A program made the position numbers and the translations under genes. Positions 11,300 through 22,240 of a DNA stretch of 64,000 nt are shown here, one piece after another. Position 1 is the stretch's first letter. Each line of letters begins with the position of its first letter. Source of the DNA: Negativicutes bacterium (GTDB lineage: Bacteria > Bacillota > Negativicutes > UBA1444); contig CAXXIN010000019.1 in assembly GCA_963665275.2 (NCBI GenBank), positions 32,001-96,000 of the forward strand, written 5' to 3'. A model generated the notes under the pieces. The model searched no databases, was not told where the DNA came from, and saw nothing but the letters and a program-made list of their open reading frames with translations.

Positions 11300-12646
11300 C
11301 TATTTTGCAGTCTGATTGTAACGGGTGATTGCCGCATCGACAATCCCTGCCGCTTTGGTCAATGCTTCTTTCGGTGAAGCCTGGTTGTTGAGTACCTGCT
11401 CGATTGCTGCTTCGATCTCCTGGCGAGACTGAGTGAACACGCCAAGCAATGCGCCTTGAGTCGCCTTGGTGATCGGTGTGCTATGGAGTTGGTCGACCGC
11501 AACTTTGAATTGCGGATATTTTGCATGATGCGCCTTGACGTCCGGATCATCATAGGCTTTCATCGTAACCGGGAAGTAACCGGTGTTGATGTGCCAATAG
11601 GCCTGTTGTTTCGCATCGGACATGAATTTGATGAAGGTCCATGCTGCTTTTTCTTCGGCATCCGGATGACCTGACAGCATCCACAGGGAACCGCCGCCGA
11701 TGATCACGCCGCCCTTGGCGCCTTCCGGCCGGGGCATAAAGGCCGTGCCGACATCGAATTTGCCGCCGACACCGGTTACAACGTCGCCAAGAACGCCGGT
11801 GGAATCGATCGTCATGGCCGTTTGTCCGCCGATAAAGGCTTTCTGTGTGTTAGCCGTCAAGCGGCCGATATTGCCGGCAGTACCTTCCTTGACCATTCCC
11901 TGCCACCAAGTGAGGATTTTTTCGCCCTCGGGGGAGTTGAATGACGTCGCAGTGGCTGCGGCAGCCCGGCCATTTTCGTTGTTGGCATAGAAAGCATTCT
12001 GTACCGCCATCAGCTGCTCAAAGAACCAGCCATAGATCGCGATAGTGATGCCGGGACGCGTCACTTTGCCTGATGCGTCTTTAACGGTCAGCTTGCGTGC
12101 AGCCGCTGCCACTTCGTCAAAGGTTTTGGGTGGATTTGCCGGGTCAAGTCCCGCTTCTTTAAACATGGTTTTGTTATAGTACAGGATCGGAGTCGAAGTA
12201 TTGAAAGGCATGGAGTAAAGTTTGTTGTCAACCGTATAGTAAGCCAACAAATTCGGCTCATAGGCTTTCAGGTCGATTTTGTCGGCGTCGATCCATTTTT
12301 GCACAGGAACGACGGCCTTGCTGTCGATCATGAAACGGCTGCCAATATCATAAACCTGCATGACATGAGGCGCCGATTTGGAAACGATGGATTGTTTCAA
12401 CTTGTTGATGGCATCGTCGTACGAACCCTGAAAAATAGCTTCAACAAAAATATCTTTCTGGGATGCATTGAATCGGTCCACGAGAACTTTGGTTGATTCG
12501 GACACTTTGCCCCCTACCGAATACCAGAACACGACTTTGATGGGCTTCTTTTCCTCCGTCTTAGGTTTTTCGGCGCCACCGCAACCCACTGCGCCGACCA
12601 CGAACAGGACCATGACCACCAGACACACGAGTTTTTTCCAGTTCAT
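11300..12646 (-). CDS. ugpB: ABC substrate-binding lipoprotein (UgpB-like)
   Basis: Lipobox-like AVGC; SMPFNTSTPILYYNK, GGGSLW, WHINTGYFP typical of UgpB. Confidence 0.85.
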   Translation of the reverse strand: MNWKKLVCLVVMVLFVVGAVGCGGAEKPKTEEKKPIKVVFWYSVGGKVSESTKVLVDRFNASQKDIFVEAIFQGSYDDAINKLKQSIVSKSAPHVMQVYDIGSRFMIDSKAVVPVQKWIDADKIDLKAYEPNLLAYYTVDNKLYSMPFNTSTPILYYNKTMFKEAGLDPANPPKTFDEVAAAARKLTVKDASGKVTRPGITIAIYGWFFEQLMAVQNAFYANNENGRAAAATATSFNSPEGEKILTWWQGMVKEGTAGNIGRLTANTQKAFIGGQTAMTIDSTGVLGDVVTGVGGKFDVGTAFMPRPEGAKGGVIIGGGSLWMLSGHPDAEEKAAWTFIKFMSDAKQQAYWHINTGYFPVTMKAYDDPDVKAHHAKYPQFKVAVDQLHSTPITKATQGALLGVFTQSRQEIEAAIEQVLNNQASPKEALTKAAGIVDAAITRYNQTAK

Positions 12647-12675
12647 CCTTCATTCCCCCTATATTTAATTTCGAT

Positions 12676-13494
12676 CTATCCTTTCATAGCACCGGCTGTC
12701 ATGCCGCGGACCAGCTGTTTCTGGCCGATGATCAGCAGCAGCGCCGCCGGCAGGGATACCAATATCACCCCGGCCATGATGCTGTTCCAGGCTGCCGCCT
12801 GATCCCACTGCAACATCGCCAGACCGATCTGCACCGTCCGCATCGTGTCCTTGTTGGTCACGAGCAACGGCCAGAGGTACTGATTGTAAGTCATGAGGAA
12901 GGAGTATACCGCCAGTGTGCCGAGCGCGGGGCGCGACAGCGGCAGTACCATCGTCAGGAAAAAGCGGAAGTGGCCGCAGCCGTCGATCCGGGCGGCATCA
13001 TATAATTCTTTGGGTATGGTCATAAAAGCCTGCCGCAACAAAAAAGTCCCGAACGCCGAAGCAAGGAACGGCACAGCTAATCCCTGATACGTATCGAGCC
13101 AGTTCAGTTCGCGAATCGTGAAATAGTTGGGGATGATCGTAACTTCCCAGGGGATCATCATCGTCGACAGGAAAATATAAAAGATTGCGTTTCGTCCCTT
13201 AAAGGTAAGAAAACTAAACGCGTATGCCGCCAGGCTGGCAGTGATGAGCTGCCCGACCGTGACAATGGCGGACACAACAAAGCTATTGAAGATAAATCGG
13301 AAAATCGGTGCTGTCTCCATCGCCTTGATATAACTTAGCCAATTCATTTGCGCCGGAATGAAAACAGGCGGGTAGGAGACGCTCTCAGATGCGCTCTGAA
13401 AGCTGACCAACAAAGCGTACAGCACCGGAAAGAGCAGTAACAGGGATGCGAATGCCAAAATCAGATATTGACCTGCCTTAACCAATTTTCTCAT
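12676..13494 (-). CDS. ugpE: Carbohydrate ABC permease (UgpE-like)
   Basis: DAARIDG (EAA loop), NQYLWPLL, TM helices. Confidence 0.82.
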   Translation of the reverse strand: MRKLVKAGQYLILAFASLLLLFPVLYALLVSFQSASESVSYPPVFIPAQMNWLSYIKAMETAPIFRFIFNSFVVSAIVTVGQLITASLAAYAFSFLTFKGRNAIFYIFLSTMMIPWEVTIIPNYFTIRELNWLDTYQGLAVPFLASAFGTFLLRQAFMTIPKELYDAARIDGCGHFRFFLTMVLPLSRPALGTLAVYSFLMTYNQYLWPLLVTNKDTMRTVQIGLAMLQWDQAAAWNSIMAGVILVSLPAALLLIIGQKQLVRGMTAGAMKG

Positions 13495-14363
13495 TTATAG
13501 AACACCTTCTTTTCCAGAATCACGAATTCCAGCAACGTCAAAACGAGAATGATCAGGAAAAGAACGAGAGCCTGCGCGCTGGCATAGCTGAAATGGAAAT
13601 TGAAAAAGGCTTCGCGATAAATCGAATAGACTATGACGCTGGTCGCCCCAGCGGGACCACCCTGCGTCAGGATGTTAATTTCGCCGAAGGTCTGCAACGC
13701 ATTGATCACCGATACGATGAACACAAAAAACAGCGTCGGCGACATCATCGGCAGTGTAATATCCTTGAACTGACGGAATGCTCCGGCGCCGTCGATACGG
13801 GCGCTTTCATATAGCGGTTCGGGGATGGCCTGCAGCCCGGACAACAGAACAATCGTATTGAAGCCCAGTGAGCGCCAGACTGAAACGACACAGACCGAAA
13901 TCAGAGCCCATTTGGGGTCGGACAGCCAGTTCACCTGCGACAGCCCCAGCTTTGAAAGGAAAAAAGTCAGGATCCCGGCGCTCGGATTGAAGATCAACAT
14001 CCAGATCATCGAAGCGCTGGCCACGGCGATCACGAGCGGAGACGCAAAGATCGTGCGGAAAAGCCCGATGCCTTTCAGACGCCAGTTCGCGATATAAGCC
14101 AGCGCCATGCCGAGAACGATACCGGGCACGACGGTGTAGATGGTAAATAACAAAGTAATCCAGAGATTCTGACCGAAATTGCCGGTCGTAAAAATCTCCA
14201 CATACTGGCTGAAACCAACATAATATTTTTCAACGCCGATAATGTTCGTTTCATGCATGCTGAGCCGGATTGACTTCAACAATGGATAAAACACAAACAG
14301 CGTAAAAATCACCAGTGATGGCCCCAAATACAGTGCTGCCCGTCCAAGATTCCGCCAAACCAC
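13491..14363 (-). CDS. ugpA: Carbohydrate ABC permease (UgpA-like)
   Basis: ESARIDGA, SPTLFF, TQGGP, YREAF. Confidence 0.82.
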   Translation of the reverse strand: MVWRNLGRAALYLGPSLVIFTLFVFYPLLKSIRLSMHETNIIGVEKYYVGFSQYVEIFTTGNFGQNLWITLLFTIYTVVPGIVLGMALAYIANWRLKGIGLFRTIFASPLVIAVASASMIWMLIFNPSAGILTFFLSKLGLSQVNWLSDPKWALISVCVVSVWRSLGFNTIVLLSGLQAIPEPLYESARIDGAGAFRQFKDITLPMMSPTLFFVFIVSVINALQTFGEINILTQGGPAGATSVIVYSIYREAFFNFHFSYASAQALVLFLIILVLTLLEFVILEKKVFYK

Positions 14364-14483
14364 TTAAGTCACCCCCGAGTCAAATTATAGCCCGCCTGAA
14401 TAGAACTTAGTTGATTGATACAGTTAATTTCTGGTTAATTTTACAAAACCCTCTTTTGCAGTCCCGGGCTTCTTGCACCTTTC

Positions 14484-15686
14484 TCAGGCTTTTCCTGCCT
14501 CATAGGAGCGTCGCAGCAACGTCATCGGGTGAAGCGCGGGGACGCCGGTGTTCTGTGAAAGCTGCATGCGGCATCCGCTGCAGTCGGAAACGATGGCGTC
14601 CGGCGCGTACTCTCTGATTCGTTGGAACGCAGGTTCGCCGATGGCCATGGCGATTTCATGCTTGTCCACTTGGAACCCATAAGTTCCTGACTGACCGCAG
14701 CAGCCTGCGTCCACATCTTCAATCTGAAACCCCGGAATCTGCGAAAGCAGTTCCAGACTGGGGCGGCCGATTCCCTGCGCCCGCAGATGGCAGGGGGTAT
14801 GATACATATATCGCCCGGGTACCGGCCCGAATTTCATGTTCAGCCTGCCTTGGTCCTTCAGTTCCAGCAGGAATTCTGAAGAATCGTAGTTGAGTTCAGC
14901 CAGTTTGTCCATGTAGTCCAGATCCATCAATTCCTGGATTTCCATCTTCAGCATCAGTCCGCAGCTGGTGCAGCAAGTGATGATCGGCAGTCCCTGATCA
15001 ATGAACGGCCTGAATACTTCAATATTTTTCCGGGCCTTGTCCACCGCTTCGTCCAAATATCCCTGAATCACCTGCGGGGATCCACAGCAATCAAAGCCAT
15101 CCGGCACAATAACCTCAAAGCTATTTTGCTGCATAACGGCTACGAAATCCATCCCTATGCCTGGTTCATAGTAATTAATGTAACAACCGGGAAAAAATAC
15201 GACCTTATCTGAGAAACTCTGCTGCTTCAAAGCATGGAATTGCCGGAGAAAAGTTTTGGGGGCGTAGGCTGGCAAGCTCATCTTATCCGTTACACCGATC
15301 ATTTTCAGGATCATTTTCGTCACTGGATTGGCCATGCCAAAATTGGACAGCGCCGCTATTGGACTCGCCAGCTTGGAGATGATGTCGGAATGGGCCAGGA
15401 TCCACTCAAGCAAGCTGTGCTGTTTGGTTTTGTATAGTTTGGACTTGGCCAGCATATTCAAAGTAGAGATCGGTACGCCGGATGGACAGGATATATCGCA
15501 GTTTTTGCAGTTCGAGCAGTATTCCAACGAAAACTCCGTGTTCTCATCCACGCCCCTGAATCGCTCCAGCGCCGGGCCCATCATTTTAGGTCCGGCATAC
15601 TTGCGTGTGACGGCAGAAACGGGACAGTACGCGACACAGGAAGTACAGGCTATGCAACTGTCAGGATCATTGTGTTTTTTTTTCAT
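14484..15686 (-). CDS. glpC: Anaerobic glycerol-3-phosphate dehydrogenase subunit C
   Basis: Two CxxCxxCxxxCP motifs and two CCG domains; follows glpB. Confidence 0.92.
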   Translation of the reverse strand: MKKKHNDPDSCIACTSCVAYCPVSAVTRKYAGPKMMGPALERFRGVDENTEFSLEYCSNCKNCDISCPSGVPISTLNMLAKSKLYKTKQHSLLEWILAHSDIISKLASPIAALSNFGMANPVTKMILKMIGVTDKMSLPAYAPKTFLRQFHALKQQSFSDKVVFFPGCYINYYEPGIGMDFVAVMQQNSFEVIVPDGFDCCGSPQVIQGYLDEAVDKARKNIEVFRPFIDQGLPIITCCTSCGLMLKMEIQELMDLDYMDKLAELNYDSSEFLLELKDQGRLNMKFGPVPGRYMYHTPCHLRAQGIGRPSLELLSQIPGFQIEDVDAGCCGQSGTYGFQVDKHEIAMAIGEPAFQRIREYAPDAIVSDCSGCRMQLSQNTGVPALHPMTLLRRSYEAGKA

Positions 15687-15698
15687 TATATTTTCCTC

Positions 15699-16943
15699 CT
15701 ATGCCTCGAGACCAGCCCGATAGGCAGTGGCCAGAGCGACACCATTGCCCGATTTTTCAGAGCAATAATCATAGCCAGCCAAGGTCTTGCCGGCGACAAA
15801 CACATTTTCCAACAGAACATTTCCCGCATCATCCACAGGTCGCAGTTTGTCATCGACCTTCACGCCGAATTTGGCGAACGGCTGCCCCGAGGTGAAAAAC
15901 AGGTGTTCCTGGCTCCATTGGTCCGTTTGGGCCGGAACCTGGACAGGCAGATTGAATATATTTTCCCTCACTTGACCTGGAGCAGCCTGCAGGCCGCCGC
16001 CGAATAATCCGCCTGTTGCCAGAATGAAGGACTGGGCCCGATAGATGCGCTCACGGTCCAGGTTGCCTGTCACGATCTCGCAGCAGCGTCCATTCGTGAT
16101 TGTCGCCCGCAGCACATTAGACTGCTCGATCACGCGCACCTTCAGTTGGGTCATGCACTTGACCAACAGCCTGCGCAGCCTGTAGCCGGTCACAGCCGGA
16201 GGCAGGCCGACGGTTTCCAGGACATGGCACTGCGTGGCTTGCTCAATTTTATGGAACAACTCATAATCCGGACGGGTACCCAATACGGGCGGTACTAAAA
16301 TTACACTATGCGGCCTGACGGAGCGGGAAAGTTGATCAAAGCAGGAGACCTGTCCTTTTTCCGTGTCCAGCCAGCGGGCGACGTCCAGCGCCGTCAAATC
16401 TCTGCCGTCCTCGATGCCCGTTTTCAGTGTCACGATTGAATATTTTTTCCGATAGCCGGGGCACTGGGCCAGCCCATCGGCGATAATTTTGCCTGAGTAA
16501 TCCTTCAGGCCGTCAACCGCAACCACAGCGACCTCATCTGCAGCCTTCAAGTGAGCCGCATTCATAGTCAGGGGAACGAGACAACTGGGCTTCACGCGTC
16601 CGAGTGCGGTAGGAATCCATTGATTTTCCTGCAGATTTCCCAGATAGGGATAGCCGGCTTCCTCACAAAGCGATAGGAATGCCTGAGCCGCCTGAGCCAC
16701 GGTTTCCCTGCCAAGCAGCGTATAGGGATGGGCTGATTCCAGGTGCGTCATCGCTTCCCAGGGACTGCGCACAGGGACGCCGGAGGCATCATACCCCAGC
16801 ATGTCGATGGTGCCGCCGCCGATGGCGATAGCGCCGACCCCTTTGGTCACGAGCAGAACCTGCCTGCCCCGCCTGGCTGCGGTAATCGCGGCGAAAATTC
16901 CCGCCAGTCCGCCGCCTATAACAATAACGTCATTCTCTTTCAT
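15699..16943 (-). CDS. glpB: Anaerobic glycerol-3-phosphate dehydrogenase subunit B
   Basis: GGGLAG FAD site, ETVGLPPAVTGYRL, LATGGLFGGGL, SGNGVA. Confidence 0.92.
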   Translation of the reverse strand: MKENDVIVIGGGLAGIFAAITAARRGRQVLLVTKGVGAIAIGGGTIDMLGYDASGVPVRSPWEAMTHLESAHPYTLLGRETVAQAAQAFLSLCEEAGYPYLGNLQENQWIPTALGRVKPSCLVPLTMNAAHLKAADEVAVVAVDGLKDYSGKIIADGLAQCPGYRKKYSIVTLKTGIEDGRDLTALDVARWLDTEKGQVSCFDQLSRSVRPHSVILVPPVLGTRPDYELFHKIEQATQCHVLETVGLPPAVTGYRLRRLLVKCMTQLKVRVIEQSNVLRATITNGRCCEIVTGNLDRERIYRAQSFILATGGLFGGGLQAAPGQVRENIFNLPVQVPAQTDQWSQEHLFFTSGQPFAKFGVKVDDKLRPVDDAGNVLLENVFVAGKTLAGYDYCSEKSGNGVALATAYRAGLEA

Positions 16944-18543
16944 CTGGCACCGCCCCGTCTATATTCAGTCCCGCTTCGTAGATTCCGCGGGTCAACTCGA
17001 CCTCACGCATCTGATGTCCCCAAATAATCGGCCGGATCCCATTCCAACGGGATTCCAGAAACTCACGCAGCAATTCGGCTGGCGCTGTCCCCTTGGCCAG
17101 ATCATTGTCCACCATCATCCCCACGCCGCGCAGCCCGCAATATGTTCCCTGGCAGGTTCCCATCCCCATTCGGGTACGGCGGCGGATATCGCTCATGGAA
17201 AAAGTGGATGCATCAGCAGCCACGGTTTCGACTTCCGCCAGCGTGACCAGTTCACACTCGCAAACCAGTTCTCTTTTCTGCGGATTCGCTTGAACCCGTT
17301 CCACAGCCTCGGCGAAATCAGGCCCCAGCCGCGAAGCGGCAAGCTCGATCCCAAAAGACGGAAAAAACTGTTTGGCGCTCTTCATCAACTCAGGCGACAC
17401 ATCTTCAACCAAGGCTTCTTCTGCCGTTCGACAACTGGCGCCAACCGCCAATTGGCGGCAGACGAGATCAGAGATTTTTTCCGCCATCAGCCGGTAGGTC
17501 GTAAGCTTACCGCCGACAATACTGACAAACCCCCGTAACCCTTCTCCTGAATGGTCGAGGGTCACAAAATTGCGCGAGATTTCCCGGCCATCCGCCGTAG
17601 GATCGGCGCAATACAGGGGCCTGGTGCCGGTGTAGGCGCGCAGGAGACGGAACTGCGGCAGCTCTTCGAACAGGGCTTTCCCAGCCCCGATCAGCTCCAG
17701 AACTTCTTGCGTCGCCGGCGTAAAATCATCAGGTTTCAGTGCGGGCGAAGAAGTCGTTCCCAGCAGTGTAACTGAACCATGGGGCACAAAAATATCACCG
17801 TTGGCTGGTGGCCGGAGACGATTGACAACCCGATCGGTAAACCGGTGATTGAAAGCAATCAGCGTACCCTTGTCCGGGATGACGTTGATGGAAATTCCTG
17901 CAAGCTCGGCCACCTTGCCCACCCAGGAACCGGCCGCGTTAATGACAACGCTGCAGTGTATCAGGTCAAGCTCCCCCGTAATAGTGTTGCGGATTCGCAC
18001 GCCTTCCACCTGGTTGTTTTTCTGCTCGATCCCTGTCACTTCGGTATACGTCAACACCCGGCCGCCATATTTTTTGGCGGACAACACATTTTGCCTGCAC
18101 AGACGAAACCCGTCCACTGCGGCATCCGGGACGCGGTAGACCGATTCCGCCCTCTTTGTCAGATGGGGTTCCAGGCGATGCGCTTCTGCCAGATCCAGCT
18201 TCACAATCGGAATACCGGCTGTTTGGCAGCCCGCTACCCATTTGGGCTCGTAGGCAAGATCATCTTCCGGCAGACGCACGAAATATCCTTCGGTTTCTTC
18301 AACACAGTGCCGTCCGATCCTGCGTAGGATCGTATTTTCTTCGGCGCACTCTCTCGCTGACTCGGGATCTTTCACCGCATAGCGTCCACCACTGTGCAGC
18401 AGCCCGTGAAATCGCGAACTTGCCCCATAAGCCAAGTCGCGCTGTTCAAGCAAAATCGCCGCAACGCCCCGCATCGACAGGTCCCGCAGGATCCCGACAC
18501 CGGTCGCTCCGCCGCCGACGATGACCACTGTTGTTTTTTCCAT
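16930..18543 (-). CDS. glpA: Anaerobic glycerol-3-phosphate dehydrogenase subunit A
   Basis: GGGATG, HGLLHSGGRYAV, GGKLTTYRLMAE, C-terminal CECE..RTRMGMGTCQG; ATG 18543 with GGAGG RBS. Confidence 0.95.
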   Translation of the reverse strand: MEKTTVVIVGGGATGVGILRDLSMRGVAAILLEQRDLAYGASSRFHGLLHSGGRYAVKDPESARECAEENTILRRIGRHCVEETEGYFVRLPEDDLAYEPKWVAGCQTAGIPIVKLDLAEAHRLEPHLTKRAESVYRVPDAAVDGFRLCRQNVLSAKKYGGRVLTYTEVTGIEQKNNQVEGVRIRNTITGELDLIHCSVVINAAGSWVGKVAELAGISINVIPDKGTLIAFNHRFTDRVVNRLRPPANGDIFVPHGSVTLLGTTSSPALKPDDFTPATQEVLELIGAGKALFEELPQFRLLRAYTGTRPLYCADPTADGREISRNFVTLDHSGEGLRGFVSIVGGKLTTYRLMAEKISDLVCRQLAVGASCRTAEEALVEDVSPELMKSAKQFFPSFGIELAASRLGPDFAEAVERVQANPQKRELVCECELVTLAEVETVAADASTFSMSDIRRRTRMGMGTCQGTYCGLRGVGMMVDNDLAKGTAPAELLREFLESRWNGIRPIIWGHQMREVELTRGIYEAGLNIDGAVPDERE

Positions 18544-18580
18544 CCGACTTTTCCTCCACTTCTTTGTCACGGCAAAAGGC

Positions 18581-18647
18581 AAAAATAAAAGTCCCGACCC
18601 GCTTTGTGCTTAGCACAAAATACGTGTCAGGACTATCTCTCATTCTC
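18581..18647 (-). promoter_or_regulatory. Leader terminator of glpABC, probable GlpP antitermination target
   Basis: Minus strand gagaatgagagat-agtcctgacacg..ttgtgc-taa-gcacaa..cgggtcgggact-tttattttt: hairpin plus U-tract between glpP and glpA. Confidence 0.7.
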
Positions 18648-18700
18648 TAAGACTCCGACGCCTTTATTTTACGCCGCCGGATGCGACCCGTCAAGCTTAA

Positions 18701-19267
18701 TCAAAGATTCCACAGCTGACGCTGGCTGGTGCTCACTGCGCAGGCTCCGTTAGCTACGGCCTGTTCCAGATCTTGCTGCGATCGCACCAGACCGCCGGCG
18801 AGAATCGGCACATCCGTGGCCGCTTTCAGCTCGGCCAATACACTGGCCGGAGTAGATGCCGGCAACGCTTCGATCGCATCCGGCCGGAAGCCCTTCAGCA
18901 TATGAATGCCCGTCCGAAGCGATTCGGAGTCCAACAGGAACATCCTCTGGATCACCCGCATCCCTTCCTGCTGTGCAATCTTGCCGAGCTGGGGTTTCGT
19001 AGTGAGCAAGCCTCGCAGACCCAGCTTGGCCAAAAATACGATACCGGCCCGGTCACGGCCGACACCATCAAGCAGATCCAGATGGACCAGTAGCAGTTTG
19101 CCGGCAGCTTCGGCCCGGCGGAGAAGATCCGGCAGTGAATTGATATCGCCGAACAGGATAATCAGACTGGGCGCCTGGGGCAAGCGCAGCGCGCAGACGA
19201 AGTCGGCCTCTGTGCGGCAGGCCGGGATAGCATGTCCAGAGCAAAGCCAAGGCATTTTTTTCATCAT
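18701..19267 (-). CDS. glpP: Glycerol-3-phosphate-responsive antiterminator
   Basis: VHLDLLDG, QRMFLLDS, PDAIEALP, ILAGGL, VSTS. Confidence 0.92.
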   Translation of the reverse strand: MMKKMPWLCSGHAIPACRTEADFVCALRLPQAPSLIILFGDINSLPDLLRRAEAAGKLLLVHLDLLDGVGRDRAGIVFLAKLGLRGLLTTKPQLGKIAQQEGMRVIQRMFLLDSESLRTGIHMLKGFRPDAIEALPASTPASVLAELKAATDVPILAGGLVRSQQDLEQAVANGACAVSTSQRQLWNL

Positions 19268-19288
19268 CGGTTCAAATCCATTCTATCC

Positions 19289-20671
19289 TTATTTCTTGCG
19301 GCGACAAGATGGCATGATCTCAAGCTCTTCCCGATACTTGGCCACAGTTCGCCGTGATACGGCGACACCTTGCTTGATCAGTAGTTCCGTCAGCGCCTGG
19401 TCGCTCAGCGGATGGATCGGATCTTCCGCCGCTACCAGTTCGCGGATCTCGCGTTTTACGCGGGTTGCAGACATCGTACTGCCATCCACCGCCGACACAC
19501 CGGCGGAAAAAAAAGATCGAAGGCTGAACAACCCATGCGCAGTCGCAACATATTTATTGGCGGTAGCCCGACTGACAGTCGATTCATGAACACCCACCCG
19601 GTCGGCCACTTGTTTCATGGTCATCGGCAACAGATGCCGGGAACCGATATCAAAAAAATCAGGCTGCACTTCAATGATCGTCTGCATCACTTTTTGCAGG
19701 GTCTGTCTGCGTTGCTCGATGCTGCGGATCAGCCAAAGGGCGCTGCCGATCCGACCCTCGATAAATTTGCGGGCATCGCCGTCCGTATCACGGGCCATCC
19801 GCTTGTAATATGGATTTACCCGCAGAGCAGGCACCTGGGTGTCGTTGATCAGAATGATATATTCATCATCAATTTTACGGACAGTAATGTCCGGGATGAC
19901 ATAACTACAGGGACTTGCCGCAGATATTGCGGACCCTGGCTTGGGGTTGAGGGTACGAATCAGCTGCATCGCCTTGCGCACTTCATCCGCCGTCACGCCT
20001 AGTTTGCCGGCAATCCATGCATATCGGCCAGAAGCGGCTGCCTCCAAATATTCGCCTACAAGCCGCTCAACAAGCGGATCGGTGATGCCGCGCTGACGAA
20101 GCTGAATCTGCAGACATTCCTGCAAATTCCGGGCCCCCACGCCAGCCGGGTCAAATCCCTGTATCAGCGTCAAAAGGCTTTCCACCTTCATTGCCGGCAA
20201 TTTGAGCGAAGCAGCGGCATCTTCCACCGAACAGGTAAAATAACCGTTATCATCGATACAACCAATCAGATAGCACCCCGCGAATCGCTCCTGACGGTTC
20301 AGGCTCATCAAATCCAGCTGGAGTTCAAGGTGTTCACGCAGTGACATTCCACAGGCAGCTACATCATGGTTTTCGGATTCGCCGGAATCAGTTCGGGTAT
20401 AAAGCCCGCGGCTGCCACCCTCGCTGAAATAATCGGCCCAGTCGAAATAATCCGGTGCCGGTACGGGAATCGGCTCCGGAGCTTCCGGCAAAGAGACATC
20501 CTTTTCCGGCGGATCTATTTGGTCCAGCACTGGATTATCCAGCAGTTCCTGTTGCACCAGTTCCGCCAGATCCAGTGCCGACAACTGAAGAATCGTGATG
20601 GCCTGACAGAGTTGCGGAGTCATGACCAACTTCTGTGACAAATCGAGGCTCAGTCCCATGTCCAGGTGCAT
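19289..20671 (-). CDS. rpoN: RNA polymerase sigma-54 factor
   Basis: SQKLVMTPQLCQAI, PAGVGARNLQECL, HESTVSRA, RpoN box SRRTVAKYRE. Confidence 0.96.
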   Translation of the reverse strand: MHLDMGLSLDLSQKLVMTPQLCQAITILQLSALDLAELVQQELLDNPVLDQIDPPEKDVSLPEAPEPIPVPAPDYFDWADYFSEGGSRGLYTRTDSGESENHDVAACGMSLREHLELQLDLMSLNRQERFAGCYLIGCIDDNGYFTCSVEDAAASLKLPAMKVESLLTLIQGFDPAGVGARNLQECLQIQLRQRGITDPLVERLVGEYLEAAASGRYAWIAGKLGVTADEVRKAMQLIRTLNPKPGSAISAASPCSYVIPDITVRKIDDEYIILINDTQVPALRVNPYYKRMARDTDGDARKFIEGRIGSALWLIRSIEQRRQTLQKVMQTIIEVQPDFFDIGSRHLLPMTMKQVADRVGVHESTVSRATANKYVATAHGLFSLRSFFSAGVSAVDGSTMSATRVKREIRELVAAEDPIHPLSDQALTELLIKQGVAVSRRTVAKYREELEIMPSCRRKK

Positions 20672-20794
20672 CTCAATCCTCCTTTCCGGAAGCGGTTGCA
20701 TCACAGCAATCGCTCATTTCACCGTTCAATCTGACACACTAATCTAAAATATTATCACTTGTAGTAAATTCGCCATAAAACTCAAATACCCTCT

Positions 20795-22156
20795 TCAGTT
20801 TGACCCCTGACCCTGTCGTTGCAAGCCAATCTGTACCGCAATTGCACATTCCAGACGTTTTTTCTGCAATTCGCACCCCAGTTGGTAAGGAATCCCGATC
20901 GTCCCGTTATAAGCGTGCGCATTCGCATGACAGCCGCCGCTGCAATAGAAGCGTGCCCAGCATTCACGACATTCGGCTTTGGTCAGCACATGGGCCTGGC
21001 GGAACTCGTCACACAGCTCCCGGCGGTCGATGCCGGTAAAGACGCTACCAACCTTGAAGTCATCGCGTCCGACAAACTGATGGCAAGGATACAGATCTCC
21101 TGTCGGAGTTACTGCGAAATATTCGTGCCCGGCGCCACAACCGCTGAGACGTTTCACCAGGCAGGGGCCGTTATGCAAATCCACATTAAAATGGAAGAAT
21201 TCGAAGCCGTTTCCTTCAGCTTTTCGCCTGAGATATTCCGCCGCCAAAAGCTCATACTGCCGGTATAGTTCGGGTAAGTGCGCCTCCGTCAGCCCATACG
21301 GTGCATCCTTGCCAACTACCGGCTCCACCGACAATCGCCGAAAGCCCTCATCGGCCAGATCCAGCACATCCGCCGCAAAGTCCAGATTATACGCCGTATA
21401 GGTTCCCCGCGCATAATAGTTTTCCCCCCGCCGAGAGTCCACCGCATTGTGCATGTTCGCGACCACCAGATCGTAGCTTCCCGCTCCATCGGCAAAAGGC
21501 CGCATTTTGTCATGCACTTCACGGCGCCCGTCAATACTGAGAATCAGCTGGATATTCTCCTGATTCAGAAAATCGAGAATCTCCTGGTTCAGCAAAACCG
21601 TATTGGTCGTCAGCGTCAGATTGAAATGTTTCCCAGTTTCGGTCTCCCGCCGGCGAATATGCGCCACGGCTGCCCGTACTGTCTCCATATTCAGCAGCGG
21701 TTCCCCGCCAAAGAAATCTATTTCGGCATTTTTACGGTTTCCGCCATTCTCCAGTAGAAAGTCGACTGCCCGGCAGGCGACTTCCGGCGTCATCAGGCCC
21801 CGGTCATGCCCGAACGATCCAGTCCCGGCAAAGCAGTAGCCGCATCGGAGGTTACAGTCATGCGCGATATGCAGGCAAAGCGACTTCACGATCGGTTTCG
21901 CTGCAAATACCGGCGGGATTTGTGCCGCTGGGCTGAACAGCCCACCCGCATCCATCAACTCATGTAACTCCGCCAAAATTTCCCGCACGGTTTCCTCACC
22001 GAACTTCGGCGCGAAAGCGTCCACCACGGCCGCATCATTCGTCCCGTCGAAAACATCCATGATCCGGTAAGAGGTCTCATCCAGCACATGAACTGCACCG
22101 CTGTTGACATCCAGCAAAATGTATTCCCCATTGACTTGAAACTTGTGAATATTCAT
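20795..22156 (-). CDS. scfB: Thioether cross-link-forming SCIFF radical SAM/SPASM maturase
   Basis: N-terminal RRE-like region (LLDVNSGAVH), CNLRCGYC, FFGGEPL, SPASM GCGAG..YPCHQF..CRECWARFYCSGGC; adjacent to the SCIFF peptide gene. Confidence 0.93.
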   Translation of the reverse strand: MNIHKFQVNGEYILLDVNSGAVHVLDETSYRIMDVFDGTNDAAVVDAFAPKFGEETVREILAELHELMDAGGLFSPAAQIPPVFAAKPIVKSLCLHIAHDCNLRCGYCFAGTGSFGHDRGLMTPEVACRAVDFLLENGGNRKNAEIDFFGGEPLLNMETVRAAVAHIRRRETETGKHFNLTLTTNTVLLNQEILDFLNQENIQLILSIDGRREVHDKMRPFADGAGSYDLVVANMHNAVDSRRGENYYARGTYTAYNLDFAADVLDLADEGFRRLSVEPVVGKDAPYGLTEAHLPELYRQYELLAAEYLRRKAEGNGFEFFHFNVDLHNGPCLVKRLSGCGAGHEYFAVTPTGDLYPCHQFVGRDDFKVGSVFTGIDRRELCDEFRQAHVLTKAECRECWARFYCSGGCHANAHAYNGTIGIPYQLGCELQKKRLECAIAVQIGLQRQGQGSN

Positions 22157-22179
22157 TAAAAACCCACCCATCATAAAGC

Positions 22180-22210
22180 AAGCCCCCGGCGGCTTGTCGC
22201 CAGGGGCTTC
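22180..22210 (-). other. Stem-loop between scfA and scfB (attenuator or mRNA stabiliser)
   Basis: aagcccc-ggcg..cgcc-aggggctt inverted repeat. Confidence 0.6.
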
Positions 22211-22240
22211 TCAAATTGGTCTGCTAATCAGATTGTTGAG